Source: Anaerolineae bacterium (GTDB lineage Bacteria > Chloroflexota > Anaerolineae > JAADDB01). From it: 64,000 nucleotides of DNA. The notes under the pieces were generated by a model. That model was given only the letters and a program-made list of their open reading frames with translations. It had not been told where the DNA came from and ran no database searches. The stretch lies in the NCBI GenBank assembly GCA_015486845.1, contig WFQU01000160.1:3313-67312 (forward strand). Reading direction: 5' to 3'. The position numbers were made by a program, and so were the translations under genes. This document shows, piece by piece, positions 52,814 through 62,208 of this stretch; the first letter of the stretch is position 1, and each line of letters begins with the position of its first letter.

Positions 52814-52822
52814 AGCTTCTAC

Positions 52823-53722
52823 ATGGAACAAGCAAAGAAAGAACCATTGCAAGCATTACTGCATAAATACGGTGTCATCCTCGGCGATGGCGCCATGGGC
52901 ACTATGTTGCAGTCACTCGGCCTGGAACAAGGCGAATGTCCGGAATTATGGAACATAACACAACCGGAAAAAGTGCAAAGCGTACAAAGAGGCTACATCG
53001 AAGCCGGCTCCATGGTGATCGAGACCAACACTTTTGGCGGCACGCGTTTTCGCTTAGCCATGCACGGGCTGGAAGATCAAGTCTCGGCTTTGAACAAAGC
53101 CGGGGTCGAGATAGCTAAAGAAATGGCCGACACAAAAGCCTTAGTTGCCGGTTCCGTAGGCCCCTCGGGAGAACTCCTTTTTCCATTAGGCACGCTATCC
53201 TACGAAGAAGTGCGCGACGGTTTTACCGAACAAGCGCAAGCTATGATCGAAGGGGGCGTAGATCTTTTCATCGTGGAAACCATGAGCGACTTGCAGGAAA
53301 TCAAGGCTGCCATCGAAGGTATCCGCGCTGTAAGCGGCGACGAGCGTCCCATCATTACTACGATGACTTTCGAGACACGCGGGCATACGATGATGGGCGT
53401 CAGCCCAGAGCAAGCATTAACAGAACTTTACGCTGCTAGCAGCCGCTACATCGGCGCCAACTGCGGCAACGGCCCAGAAGAGACCGGTGCGGCTATCAAA
53501 GCAATGGCCCCCCACCGGCCGGAGGACGTTGTCCTGGTCGTACAGTCCAATGCAGGATTACCACATTGGCAAAACGGGGACATTATATACGACGGCACAC
53601 CGGATATCATGGCCAAGCACGCCGTGGCCATGTACGAAGCTGGCGCCCGCTACATTGGCGCTTGCTGCGGCAGCACACCGGCTCACATCAGGGCCATGGC
53701 AACAGCGTTAGGCTTACGTTGA
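52823..53722 (+). CDS. Stand-alone homocysteine S-methyltransferase domain protein
   Basis: DGAMGT, ETNTFG, AGSVGP, ETMSD, GANC, NAGLP, GACCG (Zn ligands). Confidence 0.93.
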   Translation: MEQAKKEPLQALLHKYGVILGDGAMGTMLQSLGLEQGECPELWNITQPEKVQSVQRGYIEAGSMVIETNTFGGTRFRLAMHGLEDQVSALNKAGVEIAKEMADTKALVAGSVGPSGELLFPLGTLSYEEVRDGFTEQAQAMIEGGVDLFIVETMSDLQEIKAAIEGIRAVSGDERPIITTMTFETRGHTMMGVSPEQALTELYAASSRYIGANCGNGPEETGAAIKAMAPHRPEDVVLVVQSNAGLPHWQNGDIIYDGTPDIMAKHAVAMYEAGARYIGACCGSTPAHIRAMATALGLR

Positions 53723-53724
53723 AC

Positions 53725-54393
53725 ATGTCCCGGCTAAATTCCACCCGCGAACAGAGTCAAGCACCGCAAGCTATCCTGGCTTGCGGCGCCTTAGCCAAAG
53801 AAATCAACCTACTCAGAGCAGAAAGAGGCTGGCCGGTTGATCTTTATGCGCTGCCAGCCATTTTGCACAACACGCCAGCGAAAATTGTCACTGCGGTGGC
53901 CGAACGTTTGGGGAAACTTTGCCAGCGCTACCAACAAGTGATCATCGGCTATGGAGACTGTGGCACAGGCGGTGCGTTAGACCGGCTTCTGGAAAGCCAT
54001 CCCCGAGCCCGGCGCATTCCGGGACCACATTGCTACGAAATTTTCAGCGGCCAACGCTTTTGGCAACAAATGGAGAGAGAACCGGGAACATATTTCCTGA
54101 CAGATTACCTGGCTCATAACTTCCAAAAACTTGTAGTCGCCGGCAATGGGTTAGACCGCGACCCGGCTATGCGCGATTTTCTCTTCGCCAATTACCAGCG
54201 TTTGGTTTGGATAGCGCAGAGCGATGCCCCCGAAATTGCGCAGCAAGCTGCCGCTGCCGCCAAGACATTACAACTGCCCCTAACGATTTGGCACACAGGG
54301 TTGGACGAACTGACGCGACGGATCGAAGTATTACTTTCGTTTCCGGTTAAAGCAAACAATATATCAATAGGATCATCACATGTAAAGGTCTGA
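53725..54393 (+). CDS. DUF1638 domain protein
   Basis: LACGALAKE, PAILHNTP, GYGDCGTGG, GPHCY, GTYFLTD. Confidence 0.85.
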   Translation: MSRLNSTREQSQAPQAILACGALAKEINLLRAERGWPVDLYALPAILHNTPAKIVTAVAERLGKLCQRYQQVIIGYGDCGTGGALDRLLESHPRARRIPGPHCYEIFSGQRFWQQMEREPGTYFLTDYLAHNFQKLVVAGNGLDRDPAMRDFLFANYQRLVWIAQSDAPEIAQQAAAAAKTLQLPLTIWHTGLDELTRRIEVLLSFPVKANNISIGSSHVKV

Positions 54394-54397
54394 GAAC

Positions 54398-54637
54398 GTG
54401 CCTATTTTCTTCGTAGGAACCATCGCTTTAGGAAATGTAATCGGCTGGCTGGCTGCAGAAACGATGTGCAAAGCAGCCGCGGGCTGGAAGAAAAGCATTG
54501 GCTTACTGCAAATGGGCATCGCGGCGGTAACCATGGCACTTATTGTCAATCAGGTCGGTTTCGCATTGTTTTTGGCCAGCACATTCGCCACTTTTGCCAT
54601 GTATTTCATCCTGCATAAATGGGTATGGCATCAGTGA
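54398..54637 (+). CDS. Small hypothetical membrane protein
   Basis: 79 aa, three hydrophobic stretches, starts 4 nt after the upstream stop. Confidence 0.5.
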   Translation: MPIFFVGTIALGNVIGWLAAETMCKAAAGWKKSIGLLQMGIAAVTMALIVNQVGFALFLASTFATFAMYFILHKWVWHQ

Positions 54638-54681
54638 CAGTCCATTGGGCCCGGCACAAGTAAAACGACGACGGAGGCCGT

Positions 54682-54792
54682 CCAGAGCGACTAAAAGTCA
54701 CGGCAACGTCTGCAAAATCGCCCTACGGTGATTAGCCTGCAACCTGCGCAGGCAGGTTTTGCAGCTGTGGCAGAGCGATTTGCAATCGCCGG
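54682..54792 (+). repeat. Repeat family B, full copy
   Basis: GCGACTAAAAGTCAC...AATCGCCCTACGGTGATT...AACCTGCGCAGGCAGGTT...GCGATTTGCAATCGCC. Confidence 0.9.
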
Positions 54793-54806
54793 ACGAGGCA
54801 GATCTC

Positions 54807-55046
54807 AATTCCGGTACGGCGGCGGGGTACGTCAAGGTAGCGCCCGCTGCCAAGGGGTTGCTCAACACCAGTCCCTTTCTAAGGGGCTTATCATTTACGT
54901 AGCACGGGGATTTGCCCCCCGTGCGATCGGGCGGCCAACCCCGTTGATTAGAAATTCAACTTCTCGTAGAAGTTGAATTTCTTAAAGAGAGCCTGATTTT
55001 TTAGGCGCAGAGCGCCTTTATGCCGCTGCGTCAACTATTTTCAGAG
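54807..55046 (+). repeat. Composite repeat family A, copy 4
   Basis: Reverse complement of about 5507-5702. Palindrome at 54950-54982. Confidence 0.9.
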
Positions 55047-55051
55047 AAGTT

Positions 55052-55151
55052 TGTCATTGCGAGGCCCTGCCGGGCCGTCGCAATCTCTCTCACTGGCGTT
55101 GGAGATTGCTTGACCAAAACGAGGATCACACTGTCGCTTCGCTCGCAACGA
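55052..55151. repeat. TGTCATTGCGAG...CTCGCAACGACA palindromic element
   Basis: Terminal inverted repeats plus an inner GCAATCTC/GAGATTGC pair. Confidence 0.7.
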
Positions 55152-55269
55152 CATGACTGATTTGAAGGCGTTGCGTCAGCTATATTTAGGGGAGAAGTCT
55201 TATTTTCAGAGACGGTAAAGATTACTGCGGTCGTAACGCCGTAACAAAACAAGTTTTTTTACCATTGTT

Positions 55270-55333
55270 TTTTTATCTACGTGCGCAGCCTGCGTTAATC
55301 TGCGTCCCATTTTTATTTTCAAGAGGAGAAAGT
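55270..55333 (+). repeat. Family A terminal module ending in the SD
   Basis: Reverse complement of 5455-5512. Ends TTTTCAAGAGGAG. Confidence 0.85.
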
Positions 55334-55334
55334 A

Positions 55335-55712
55335 ATGGAACAGACACATGCATCTTTGTTACAATTATTAGGCGCCTTCAGTTTCGGTGCCGTCGTCGGT
55401 TGGTTTACCTACTTCACCAATCGCTACCGACGTGAGGTTTCCCTATCCGATATAGCCACAATCATCGGCGCATTGGGCGGCGCTGTAATCCTAGCCCTTT
55501 TCCGGCCTCGCACAGACCTTTTCGGCGCTTATGGATTCGGCTTAGCGGTGGGTTTCTTTGGCTATTTTGTCGTCCTGATGCTCATGGTAGCCCAAAGCGA
55601 AACGCACAACGTAGATTGGTTTCTGGATCCCACAGCAACCGGCATCATTCCCCAACATCCAATGGATATGGAGCCAGAAAAGAAAAACGTGACTACTAAG
55701 CCATCCCAATAA
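55335..55712 (+). CDS. Hypothetical membrane protein
   Basis: Three Gly-rich TM segments, SD GAGGAG. Confidence 0.8.
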   Translation: MEQTHASLLQLLGAFSFGAVVGWFTYFTNRYRREVSLSDIATIIGALGGAVILALFRPRTDLFGAYGFGLAVGFFGYFVVLMLMVAQSETHNVDWFLDPTATGIIPQHPMDMEPEKKNVTTKPSQ

Positions 55713-55836
55713 TCTGATGCGGATGAACGTTAAATCTTTTCTAATTTATCTGCGCACATCGGCGTGAAATCTGCATACGCAACGTTCTATCGCCACATTG
55801 GGGACCACTAACCTCTGCGCTGTGACACCAGCACGA

Positions 55837-57069
55837 TCAGCGAATGAAAATGCCCACCTCTGAAACCATGGATTGATAGTTGTGGCCGGAGGCGTAAATA
55901 CGCAAACTCCGCAAAGTGGCTGGCTGGGCGCCTTGCGCTTTCAGCGTCCCCAGCAAGTTCTTTGTTTCAAAAGGATACCAGATAAACGGCGGAATCTTCT
56001 CCCCATTCACCGTGGGCCAGGCGCGGTTCTCTGGCGGACGAAAGTAAAAACCGTGCACCCATTCTCTATCCCTGCCATTGACATCAGTATACGAAAGGCG
56101 AATCATCAATGGATACTCCGACCCTAAATAGCCACCACCAGACAAGCTTTGATAGAGCAGCCGCACATCTAAGCGAATAACTAAAGACTCGATATCGCGC
56201 ACATCCTGATTCAGCTTTTGCTCGATCCACACCTCGGTATGAACACCCTCTTGTGTAGAGCGCCGGCTGAGCAAAGCAGCGTACCGCCCCCCAACATTAA
56301 CAATGGAAACTGTACCAGGATCAACTTTGGAATCGTTTGGCGCCCACCCCACCTGCCAAGTAGAAGCCAGCGGCTGCAAAAAATTGCCGTTTTGGACCAA
56401 GTTATACTCTGCTGGTTCCGGTTTCTGCGGAGGGCCACCCAAAGCGACAAAAACCCGCTTACCACTCCCTACGTGACGCGTCATCCCCATCGCAGTGACA
56501 TCGGCCTCTCCCGTACGCACCGTTATCTCGGTGCCGGCGTTGCTAACAAAAAGAGAATAGGAGCCGCCGGCTAACACGATCTGCCCATGTGGTGTGGTCA
56601 CATGAATATGAATAGGGCGATCCCCCTCCTGGTTACTGGTCACCCGAATGCGTCCGGCATCCAAGCGCAAGGTCAAACGAATTGGGTCTTTGCTAGAACC
56701 AAAAAGCGGAACACGGCTATCCGACAAACGGAGTCGTGTTTGATTGAACACCTGGACCGTAGCCAATTCAACATTCTTCTCCCCGCCGCTCAACAAGCTT
56801 AAAATAGCGCCAGATGTTGCATCGGTACGAATCAGCGTTTGCGGCGCCAGCGAACGTTCCTTCGTAACGGGAATTAATTCGCCATGGCCGGGGACTTCGA
56901 GAAGCAAAGTGCCGCGCAAAACATGCAACAAAGGTGGCCGGTAGACAGTAGCATGCTCAACCCACGAATGTACTGACATTGGAATGCCAATAGCCAAAGT
57001 AAGGAAAAAAACGAAAGAGAGCAACAGCACCATCCAGGCCACGCGCTGTGGATTCCGATGGCGATACAT
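55837..57069 (-). CDS. Membrane-anchored FecR-like domain protein with C-terminal beta-sandwich
   Basis: N-terminal TM, IRTD, LRLDAGRI, VTTPHG, ITVRTGEA, LVQNGNF. Confidence 0.7.
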   Translation of the reverse strand: MYRHRNPQRVAWMVLLLSFVFFLTLAIGIPMSVHSWVEHATVYRPPLLHVLRGTLLLEVPGHGELIPVTKERSLAPQTLIRTDATSGAILSLLSGGEKNVELATVQVFNQTRLRLSDSRVPLFGSSKDPIRLTLRLDAGRIRVTSNQEGDRPIHIHVTTPHGQIVLAGGSYSLFVSNAGTEITVRTGEADVTAMGMTRHVGSGKRVFVALGGPPQKPEPAEYNLVQNGNFLQPLASTWQVGWAPNDSKVDPGTVSIVNVGGRYAALLSRRSTQEGVHTEVWIEQKLNQDVRDIESLVIRLDVRLLYQSLSGGGYLGSEYPLMIRLSYTDVNGRDREWVHGFYFRPPENRAWPTVNGEKIPPFIWYPFETKNLLGTLKAQGAQPATLRSLRIYASGHNYQSMVSEVGIFIR

Positions 57070-57356
57070 TAAAAACGGACCTCGTAGCGATCAATTTCGG
57101 TTGAGGGTACATCCCAGTCAATGGTTACACGTTCCACCCAGGCGGCTGACGGGCCAACACGCAACCGCGCAGCAAACTTCTCGATAGTCTCTGTCATCCC
57201 TTCCACCCAAACGGATACCGTGCCGTCCCATTCATTGCGAGCACCGCCGTGCAACCCTAAACGCTGTGCTTCTCGTTGCACGAAATAACGGAAGCCCACA
57301 CCTTGTACACGCCCAAAACAATGCAAATAGCAACTACGGATACGTTGGGTTGGCAT
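57069..57356 (-). CDS. acyP: Acylphosphatase
   Basis: GRVQGVGFR, RNEWDGTV, GPSAAWV. Confidence 0.93.
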   Translation of the reverse strand: MPTQRIRSCYLHCFGRVQGVGFRYFVQREAQRLGLHGGARNEWDGTVSVWVEGMTETIEKFAARLRVGPSAAWVERVTIDWDVPSTEIDRYEVRF

Positions 57357-57360
57357 GGTT

Positions 57361-57861
57361 TTATCCTTGTTCTCCCCCATCTGCACTGTTCAGACGCTTT
57401 AACCAACGCTGCGCATCCCGATCCTCCGGATTAGAGCGCAGCGCTTCCTGAAAATAGAAACGTGCCTGCTCAATATCCCCTTGTTCGTGAAAAATCAAGG
57501 CAATATTATAATGCACGCTGTAAGCACGCGGATTGATCCGCAAAGCTTCTTGAAAAGCGGCAAGTGCCTTTTCCCGCTTCTCTTTCGTAGCAAAGGGGAG
57601 CTTGCCCAAGTAAGCCGCGGCCAAGTTAATCCAAACATTCTCATTGTCCGGTTCCAACGCGGCCGCTTCTTCCAGGATAGGCACCGCCCGGGCATGTTGG
57701 CCGGCCAAAATATAGACGCTGCTCAGGTTAATCTTGACAGCAACATTCTCCGGCGCTAAACGATATGCCTTTAACAATAAGGGCAATGCCTTAGTTAGCT
57801 CTTGTCGCTGCAAATAGTGCGTTCCTGCCCACAACAAAGCCTGAACATCCTTTTCGGGCAT
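57361..57861 (-). CDS. TPR repeat protein
   Basis: Repeated helix pairs ending AYRLAP, AALEP, ALRINP, ALRSNP. Confidence 0.9.
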   Translation of the reverse strand: MPEKDVQALLWAGTHYLQRQELTKALPLLLKAYRLAPENVAVKINLSSVYILAGQHARAVPILEEAAALEPDNENVWINLAAAYLGKLPFATKEKREKALAAFQEALRINPRAYSVHYNIALIFHEQGDIEQARFYFQEALRSNPEDRDAQRWLKRLNSADGGEQG

Positions 57862-57864
57862 TAT

Positions 57865-58197
57865 CTAATCACCATTCTCATGCTCGTCGTTTTCCACGTT
57901 GCTAAAATAGCGGTAACTTTCTCGCGAGGCCACAAAATATTCAATGGCGTATTGCTCCGGCATACCAACGGCTGCGGAAAAATCCGCCACCAGCCCCGCC
58001 ACAAACGATTGCAACGCAGTCTGATCCATCTCCAGGAACAGATCGTTCCACACCAAGAAAGTCCCCATAATCAAGGTGTCGGTATAATGCAAATCCAGTT
58101 TACCTACGCTCTCCGGCAGAGCACCTTCATGCAGCGCTTCGATAGCATATTGCTCCGAGGCCGTAGTCCGCACCAGGCGTCGCAATTTAAAGTTCAT
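57865..58197 (-). CDS. Hypothetical acidic protein
   Basis: 110-aa ORF, SD GAGGG, tight operon spacing. Confidence 0.75.
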   Translation of the reverse strand: MNFKLRRLVRTTASEQYAIEALHEGALPESVGKLDLHYTDTLIMGTFLVWNDLFLEMDQTALQSFVAGLVADFSAAVGMPEQYAIEYFVASRESYRYFSNVENDEHENGD

Positions 58198-58220
58198 TCC
58201 CTCAACCGCCTTTCAGCCCA

Positions 58221-59255
58221 TCACAGAGGCGACAATGTGTCGTCGGGTGTTTCCCCCAAACTATCGCCTTCACCGAAATCGTAGAAAAAGGAATCATCCT
58301 CTATTTCATCAAGCTCGCCCAAAAATGGAAGCCAAAAATTTATTGATTCTATCGCGTCACTAATTTCATCACTCAATATTTCGTTCAAGCGAGGCTTCAT
58401 TGCCAAACGTTTCAGCGCCTCAAGGGCCGACATAGTGCCCATTTCCCCTAAAGCCCAAATAGCTGCGCCGGCAATGGAGATATCTTCTTCGGCAGCCAAA
58501 CGTTCCAACAAGGGGATTGCTTCCTCTAACTGCAACTCACCCGCAGCAGCAGCAGCTTCGTAACGCATTTTCGGCTCATCGCTCTCTAACTCTTGAAATA
58601 CATAGCGATTCCAGCGGCTAAGTAAACTCCGCCCCATCGCAAAAATGCTGCTAACGCGCATGTCCAAGTCAGGGTGAAAATAGGCACTCTCAATGAGCAT
58701 TGCCACCCGCTCGCCCAAAAAAGCCAATGACTCCAAAGCACGGCGCCGCACCAATAACGGTTCCTGATCGTCAGACCAGACCCCCAGTAGTGCATTTTCG
58801 ACGGCCATGCCCACCACCTGACTTACATCCTCTGTCTCAACCAAATACAAAATATGGCCCAAGGCGATAGCCGCCACAGCCCGCACACCGGTATCAGCGT
58901 CTGTTTGCAATATGTGTACCAGAGGGCCGGCCAGCTCTTCGTCGATATCTTCCATTTCCATTAACCCGTTAATCGCGGCTTGACGTACTTTCGGCAGAGG
59001 ATGTTGCAACAACGCATCGAAAATCGCTCCAAAGTCCAGTAACGGATCCGCTTCGGCTAAATCCGCCAAACCAGATATAAGCAATTCTTTTTGGACATCC
59101 GAAAACTCCGCTAAACCCTGTTCGAAAATGGGGACCTGTTGCGGAGATAATCCAGACAAGAGATACAATCCCTCAAACCCTTCTGATAAATTACTCTCTC
59201 GCAGCGTCGACAAAATAAAACGTATTCGAACGCTATCGTCTTCTTCTCTTGCCAT
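58221..59255 (-). CDS. HEAT repeat protein
   Basis: VRQAAINGL, VRAVAAIALG, VRRRALESL, MRYEAAAAAG, AAIWALG. SD GAGGAG. Confidence 0.92.
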   Translation of the reverse strand: MAREEDDSVRIRFILSTLRESNLSEGFEGLYLLSGLSPQQVPIFEQGLAEFSDVQKELLISGLADLAEADPLLDFGAIFDALLQHPLPKVRQAAINGLMEMEDIDEELAGPLVHILQTDADTGVRAVAAIALGHILYLVETEDVSQVVGMAVENALLGVWSDDQEPLLVRRRALESLAFLGERVAMLIESAYFHPDLDMRVSSIFAMGRSLLSRWNRYVFQELESDEPKMRYEAAAAAGELQLEEAIPLLERLAAEEDISIAGAAIWALGEMGTMSALEALKRLAMKPRLNEILSDEISDAIESINFWLPFLGELDEIEDDSFFYDFGEGDSLGETPDDTLSPL

Positions 59256-59270
59256 CGTATCAAACTCCTC

Positions 59271-60002
59271 TTAAGGTGTTACAATTACTGTCGGTGACGG
59301 GATCGATGTTAGATTAGCTGCCGGCGACGGCGTAATCGTAGGTGATGGCGTGGCCGTTGGCGTGGCCGTTGGCAACGGCACGACCAGTTTATCCCCTACA
59401 TGAATGACTGCGTCGGCCTTCAGCCCGTTCGCCGCCAACAAAGCCGCAAGCGATGTTTCCCACTGACGGGCGATATTTTCCGGCGTATCCCCCTTTTGCA
59501 CCACATAGGGAATCGTGTGCTGTAGCGGTGTCGGCCGGGGAACCTGCGTGGGCGGGCTATATGGTGTAATCGTCACAGAAGGCACTGGTAAAGCCGTCGG
59601 CGCTACTGGCGTCGGTGTTGCCGAAGGGAGCAGAAGCATCACCACCGGCGATCCAGACAGTTCCACGGCTTGCCGATCCACGTGCAACGGCCACGATGGC
59701 AACGAAGTAGCCATAAGAAAAGATTGTCCCCGCCAAAAGAAAATAGCCAGCAACACAGCCAACAGCACCACTACGGCTGACCGCCAATCGACGCGCCAAG
59801 GAAGCCTTCTTCTTTGCAAAGAATGGCCGCAAACAGGACAAATTAGCAAATGTGCCGGCACGCTGGCTCCGCAATGGCGACAATGTATACGTTTTCGGTT
59901 GTCAGAAAGCGTATACCCACATTTAGGGCAAATCGTTGCCCCCGCTGGCATATCTGCCCCGCAACGTGGACAATGTTTCATCATACTATTATCCCGCATC
60001 AT
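59271..60002 (-). CDS. Double zinc-ribbon, TM, Pro/Thr linker, LysM protein
   Basis: Four CxxCG motifs, one TM, YVVQKGDT...IHVGDKLVVP. Confidence 0.9.
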   Translation of the reverse strand: MMRDNSMMKHCPRCGADMPAGATICPKCGYTLSDNRKRIHCRHCGASVPAHLLICPVCGHSLQRRRLPWRVDWRSAVVVLLAVLLAIFFWRGQSFLMATSLPSWPLHVDRQAVELSGSPVVMLLLPSATPTPVAPTALPVPSVTITPYSPPTQVPRPTPLQHTIPYVVQKGDTPENIARQWETSLAALLAANGLKADAVIHVGDKLVVPLPTATPTATPSPTITPSPAANLTSIPSPTVIVTP

Positions 60003-60014
60003 CCCTTCATAAGC

Positions 60015-61079
60015 CTATGGCAACGGCATCGTAAAATCATAATAAGTGATGACGACCATGGCAGCCAATAGCAATACCATACCAACAGCGTGCACCAGGC
60101 CCTCTTTTTCCGGTGGTATTCGCTTGCCGCGACGAAGCGCCTCTATAACAATAAAAGCTAACCGTCCCCCATCCAAAGCCGGCAAAGGTAACAAATTCGT
60201 AAGTCCCAAGGCCATGCTAACAATAGACAAAATCCAGGCAATGGCAAACGTTTTATCCTGCGAGGTCGGTTGTGCATTGACAATTCGGTTGGTTACACGG
60301 TAGATACCCACGGGACCGGTAAGCCGAGCATCTTGAGCGGATAAGCTGTGGCGCAATAATTTTGCTGGTAGCGTCACAGTCTCCACGACAAAATTCGTTA
60401 GATCCAGCAAGGCGTGATCCACGGCCTGCAAAACCGGCAAGTGCACGAAATAAGGCGAACCGCCATCTATATACACGCCCAGTTCATATCTGCCATCCCT
60501 CAAAACCGGCTTGATCGGGATGACGATCTTCTGCCCGTCGCGCATCACGACCAAACGAATAGAACCATTCGGAGAGGAAGTCACGATCGACGCCACCACT
60601 TTCGGCAGGCTCGATCGGGGAACAACATGACTGTGCCCATCATAATCAATAATATCAAGAATCACATCGTTCGGCTTCAACCCAGCTTGAGCAGCCGGTG
60701 TATCCGCCACAACACTTTGTATATGAGCGCCCACAGGAAAAGAAATAGTATAAGCGGCCGCCAACAAGATAACAGCAAAAAAGATGTTCATAGCCGGCCC
60801 GGCCAAAAGTGTCAGTGTGCGTCCTTTCATCGAAGCCTGATAAAAACTGCCCTCCCCCTCAGGGCGATCCTCGCCCCGCATGCGAGCAAATCCGCCCAGG
60901 GGCAATAAATTCAGCGTAAATTCAGTACCTTGCCAATCGAAAAGATGAAAGATTTTGGGAGGTAAGCCAATGCCGAATTCTTCGACGACAATACCATTTT
61001 TTCTCGCCACCCAGAAATGACCGAATTCATGCAAGAAAATTAGCAATCCAAGCAAAAGAACAAACATCAAAACATGCAT
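60015..61079 (-). CDS. rseP: RIP (M50) metalloprotease with PDZ domain
   Basis: HEFGH, LAGPAMN, PAAQAGLKPND, NLLPLPALDGG. Confidence 0.93.
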   Translation of the reverse strand: MHVLMFVLLLGLLIFLHEFGHFWVARKNGIVVEEFGIGLPPKIFHLFDWQGTEFTLNLLPLGGFARMRGEDRPEGEGSFYQASMKGRTLTLLAGPAMNIFFAVILLAAAYTISFPVGAHIQSVVADTPAAQAGLKPNDVILDIIDYDGHSHVVPRSSLPKVVASIVTSSPNGSIRLVVMRDGQKIVIPIKPVLRDGRYELGVYIDGGSPYFVHLPVLQAVDHALLDLTNFVVETVTLPAKLLRHSLSAQDARLTGPVGIYRVTNRIVNAQPTSQDKTFAIAWILSIVSMALGLTNLLPLPALDGGRLAFIVIEALRRGKRIPPEKEGLVHAVGMVLLLAAMVVITYYDFTMPLP

Positions 61080-61458
61080 AACAGGTTTTTCACTTTCTGA
61101 GCGCCCAGGTTAGCAATCACCGTAACGTAATCGCCATGCGCAAATAATTATATTCGATTTCAAGACAACGTTCCCAATAGTGATGCATTATACTTTTCCT
61201 TGTATCTTATAGCAAGCAATTCACGCCGAGGGTAAACGAGAACAAGAGATAGTACTTAGCCCAAATACTATGAACACGGGAATTAGCGCCAAACAAGATA
61301 AATCAGACAAAAGTCCAACAGAAATAAGCCCCTAACAGGAAAAAAGCGTGCTACAATATAATTACGTGGGCGTAATGTGAAAGGTAGATTTTCCAAGGTG
61401 GAAGAGAGCACAGCCCATTCAGTCGACTTAGCGAAGAACAGTCAGCGTAAAGGAGACT

Positions 61459-61665
61459 ATGATGAAACTATTCACCGAAAAGTTCGAGGTTGGTATGCAC
61501 GTACGCATTCAAGAAGGACGCGCATTTGCCGGACAAGAAGCAGAAGTCATTGACGTAATGCCTGCTTATGTAGACATCAAACTTCTATCCAACGGATTGA
61601 CAATGCGGATGTTACCTTACGATCTAAAACCCATCATGGCAAAGACAGAAAAAGCCACCGCATAG
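61459..61665 (+). CDS. Small KOW-motif-like protein
   Basis: FEVGMHVRIQEG..FAGQEAEV. SD AAGGAG, upstream TGcTACAAT at about 61349. Confidence 0.7.
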   Translation: MMKLFTEKFEVGMHVRIQEGRAFAGQEAEVIDVMPAYVDIKLLSNGLTMRMLPYDLKPIMAKTEKATA

Positions 61666-61797
61666 CTATTGCAAAGCAAAATGCAGAACAGATTATTTTC
61701 GTCTAATCCTTGGTGTCCTGAGAGCAGTGTGCAAACGAAGCAACACACATCAAATGAGCGGCGACTACCACAAATGTAGTGGTCGCCGCTTGTGTCC

Positions 61798-61980
61798 TCA
61801 ATCGCCGTAACGACGATCCAAAGGAGCAGATTCGACTTCCAACCCATCGGCTCTCCGCTCCCCCACCAAATGCGCCAACATTTCCCAGTCAGGTGGCGCA
61901 TATCCATCATTCAAAAACTCTGGAAACGCCATTTCCCAATCCGGTTTCTCCTCTTCCATCCAGAACGTCTTCTCTGCCAT
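61798..61980 (-). CDS. Small acidic hypothetical protein
   Basis: GGAGGAGAGAAGGAAA then ATG, 60 aa, PDWEM twice. Confidence 0.55.
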   Translation of the reverse strand: MAEKTFWMEEEKPDWEMAFPEFLNDGYAPPDWEMLAHLVGERRADGLEVESAPLDRRYGD

Positions 61981-62048
61981 TTTCCTTCTCTCCTCCGTCA
62001 ATAATTATCGCCTGCCCTCAACATCAAAATACGATAGCTAAACCCAAC

Positions 62049-62079
62049 AAAAAAACCTCTTCCTGCTGGAAGAGGTTTT
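62049..62079 (-). terminator. Rho-independent terminator (possibly bidirectional)
   Basis: AAAACCTCTTCC-TGCT-GGAAGAGGTTTT with a T7 tail on the minus strand. Confidence 0.8.
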
Positions 62080-62118
62080 GTACACTAATATTTTTGATGC
62101 AATAGAACTTGCTTAAGC

Positions 62119-62208
62119 TTATCCCCCTCCAGCAGCTAACTCCTCCCGGCCCAATACGACCAGGAGGCTAATAATGATAAGGCTGCTAAGAACGAGTACA
62201 AAAGACAT
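62119..62208 (-). CDS. 29-aa single-TM small protein (below the ORF track cutoff)
   Basis: SD GAGGAG, MSFVLVLSSLIIISLLVVLGREELAAGGG*, terminator 40 nt downstream. Confidence 0.5.
   Translation of the reverse strand: MSFVLVLSSLIIISLLVVLGREELAAGGG

Noticed and set aside
52209..52822. SAM or cobalamin riboswitch upstream of the methyltransferase
   Set aside because: No SAM-I or B12-box consensus was seen, and the hairpins belong to dispersed repeats. An Rfam scan would settle it.
53566..53724. N-terminal extension of the DUF1638 ORF
   Set aside because: It overlaps the methyltransferase in another frame. The ATG at 53725 directly follows that gene's stop.
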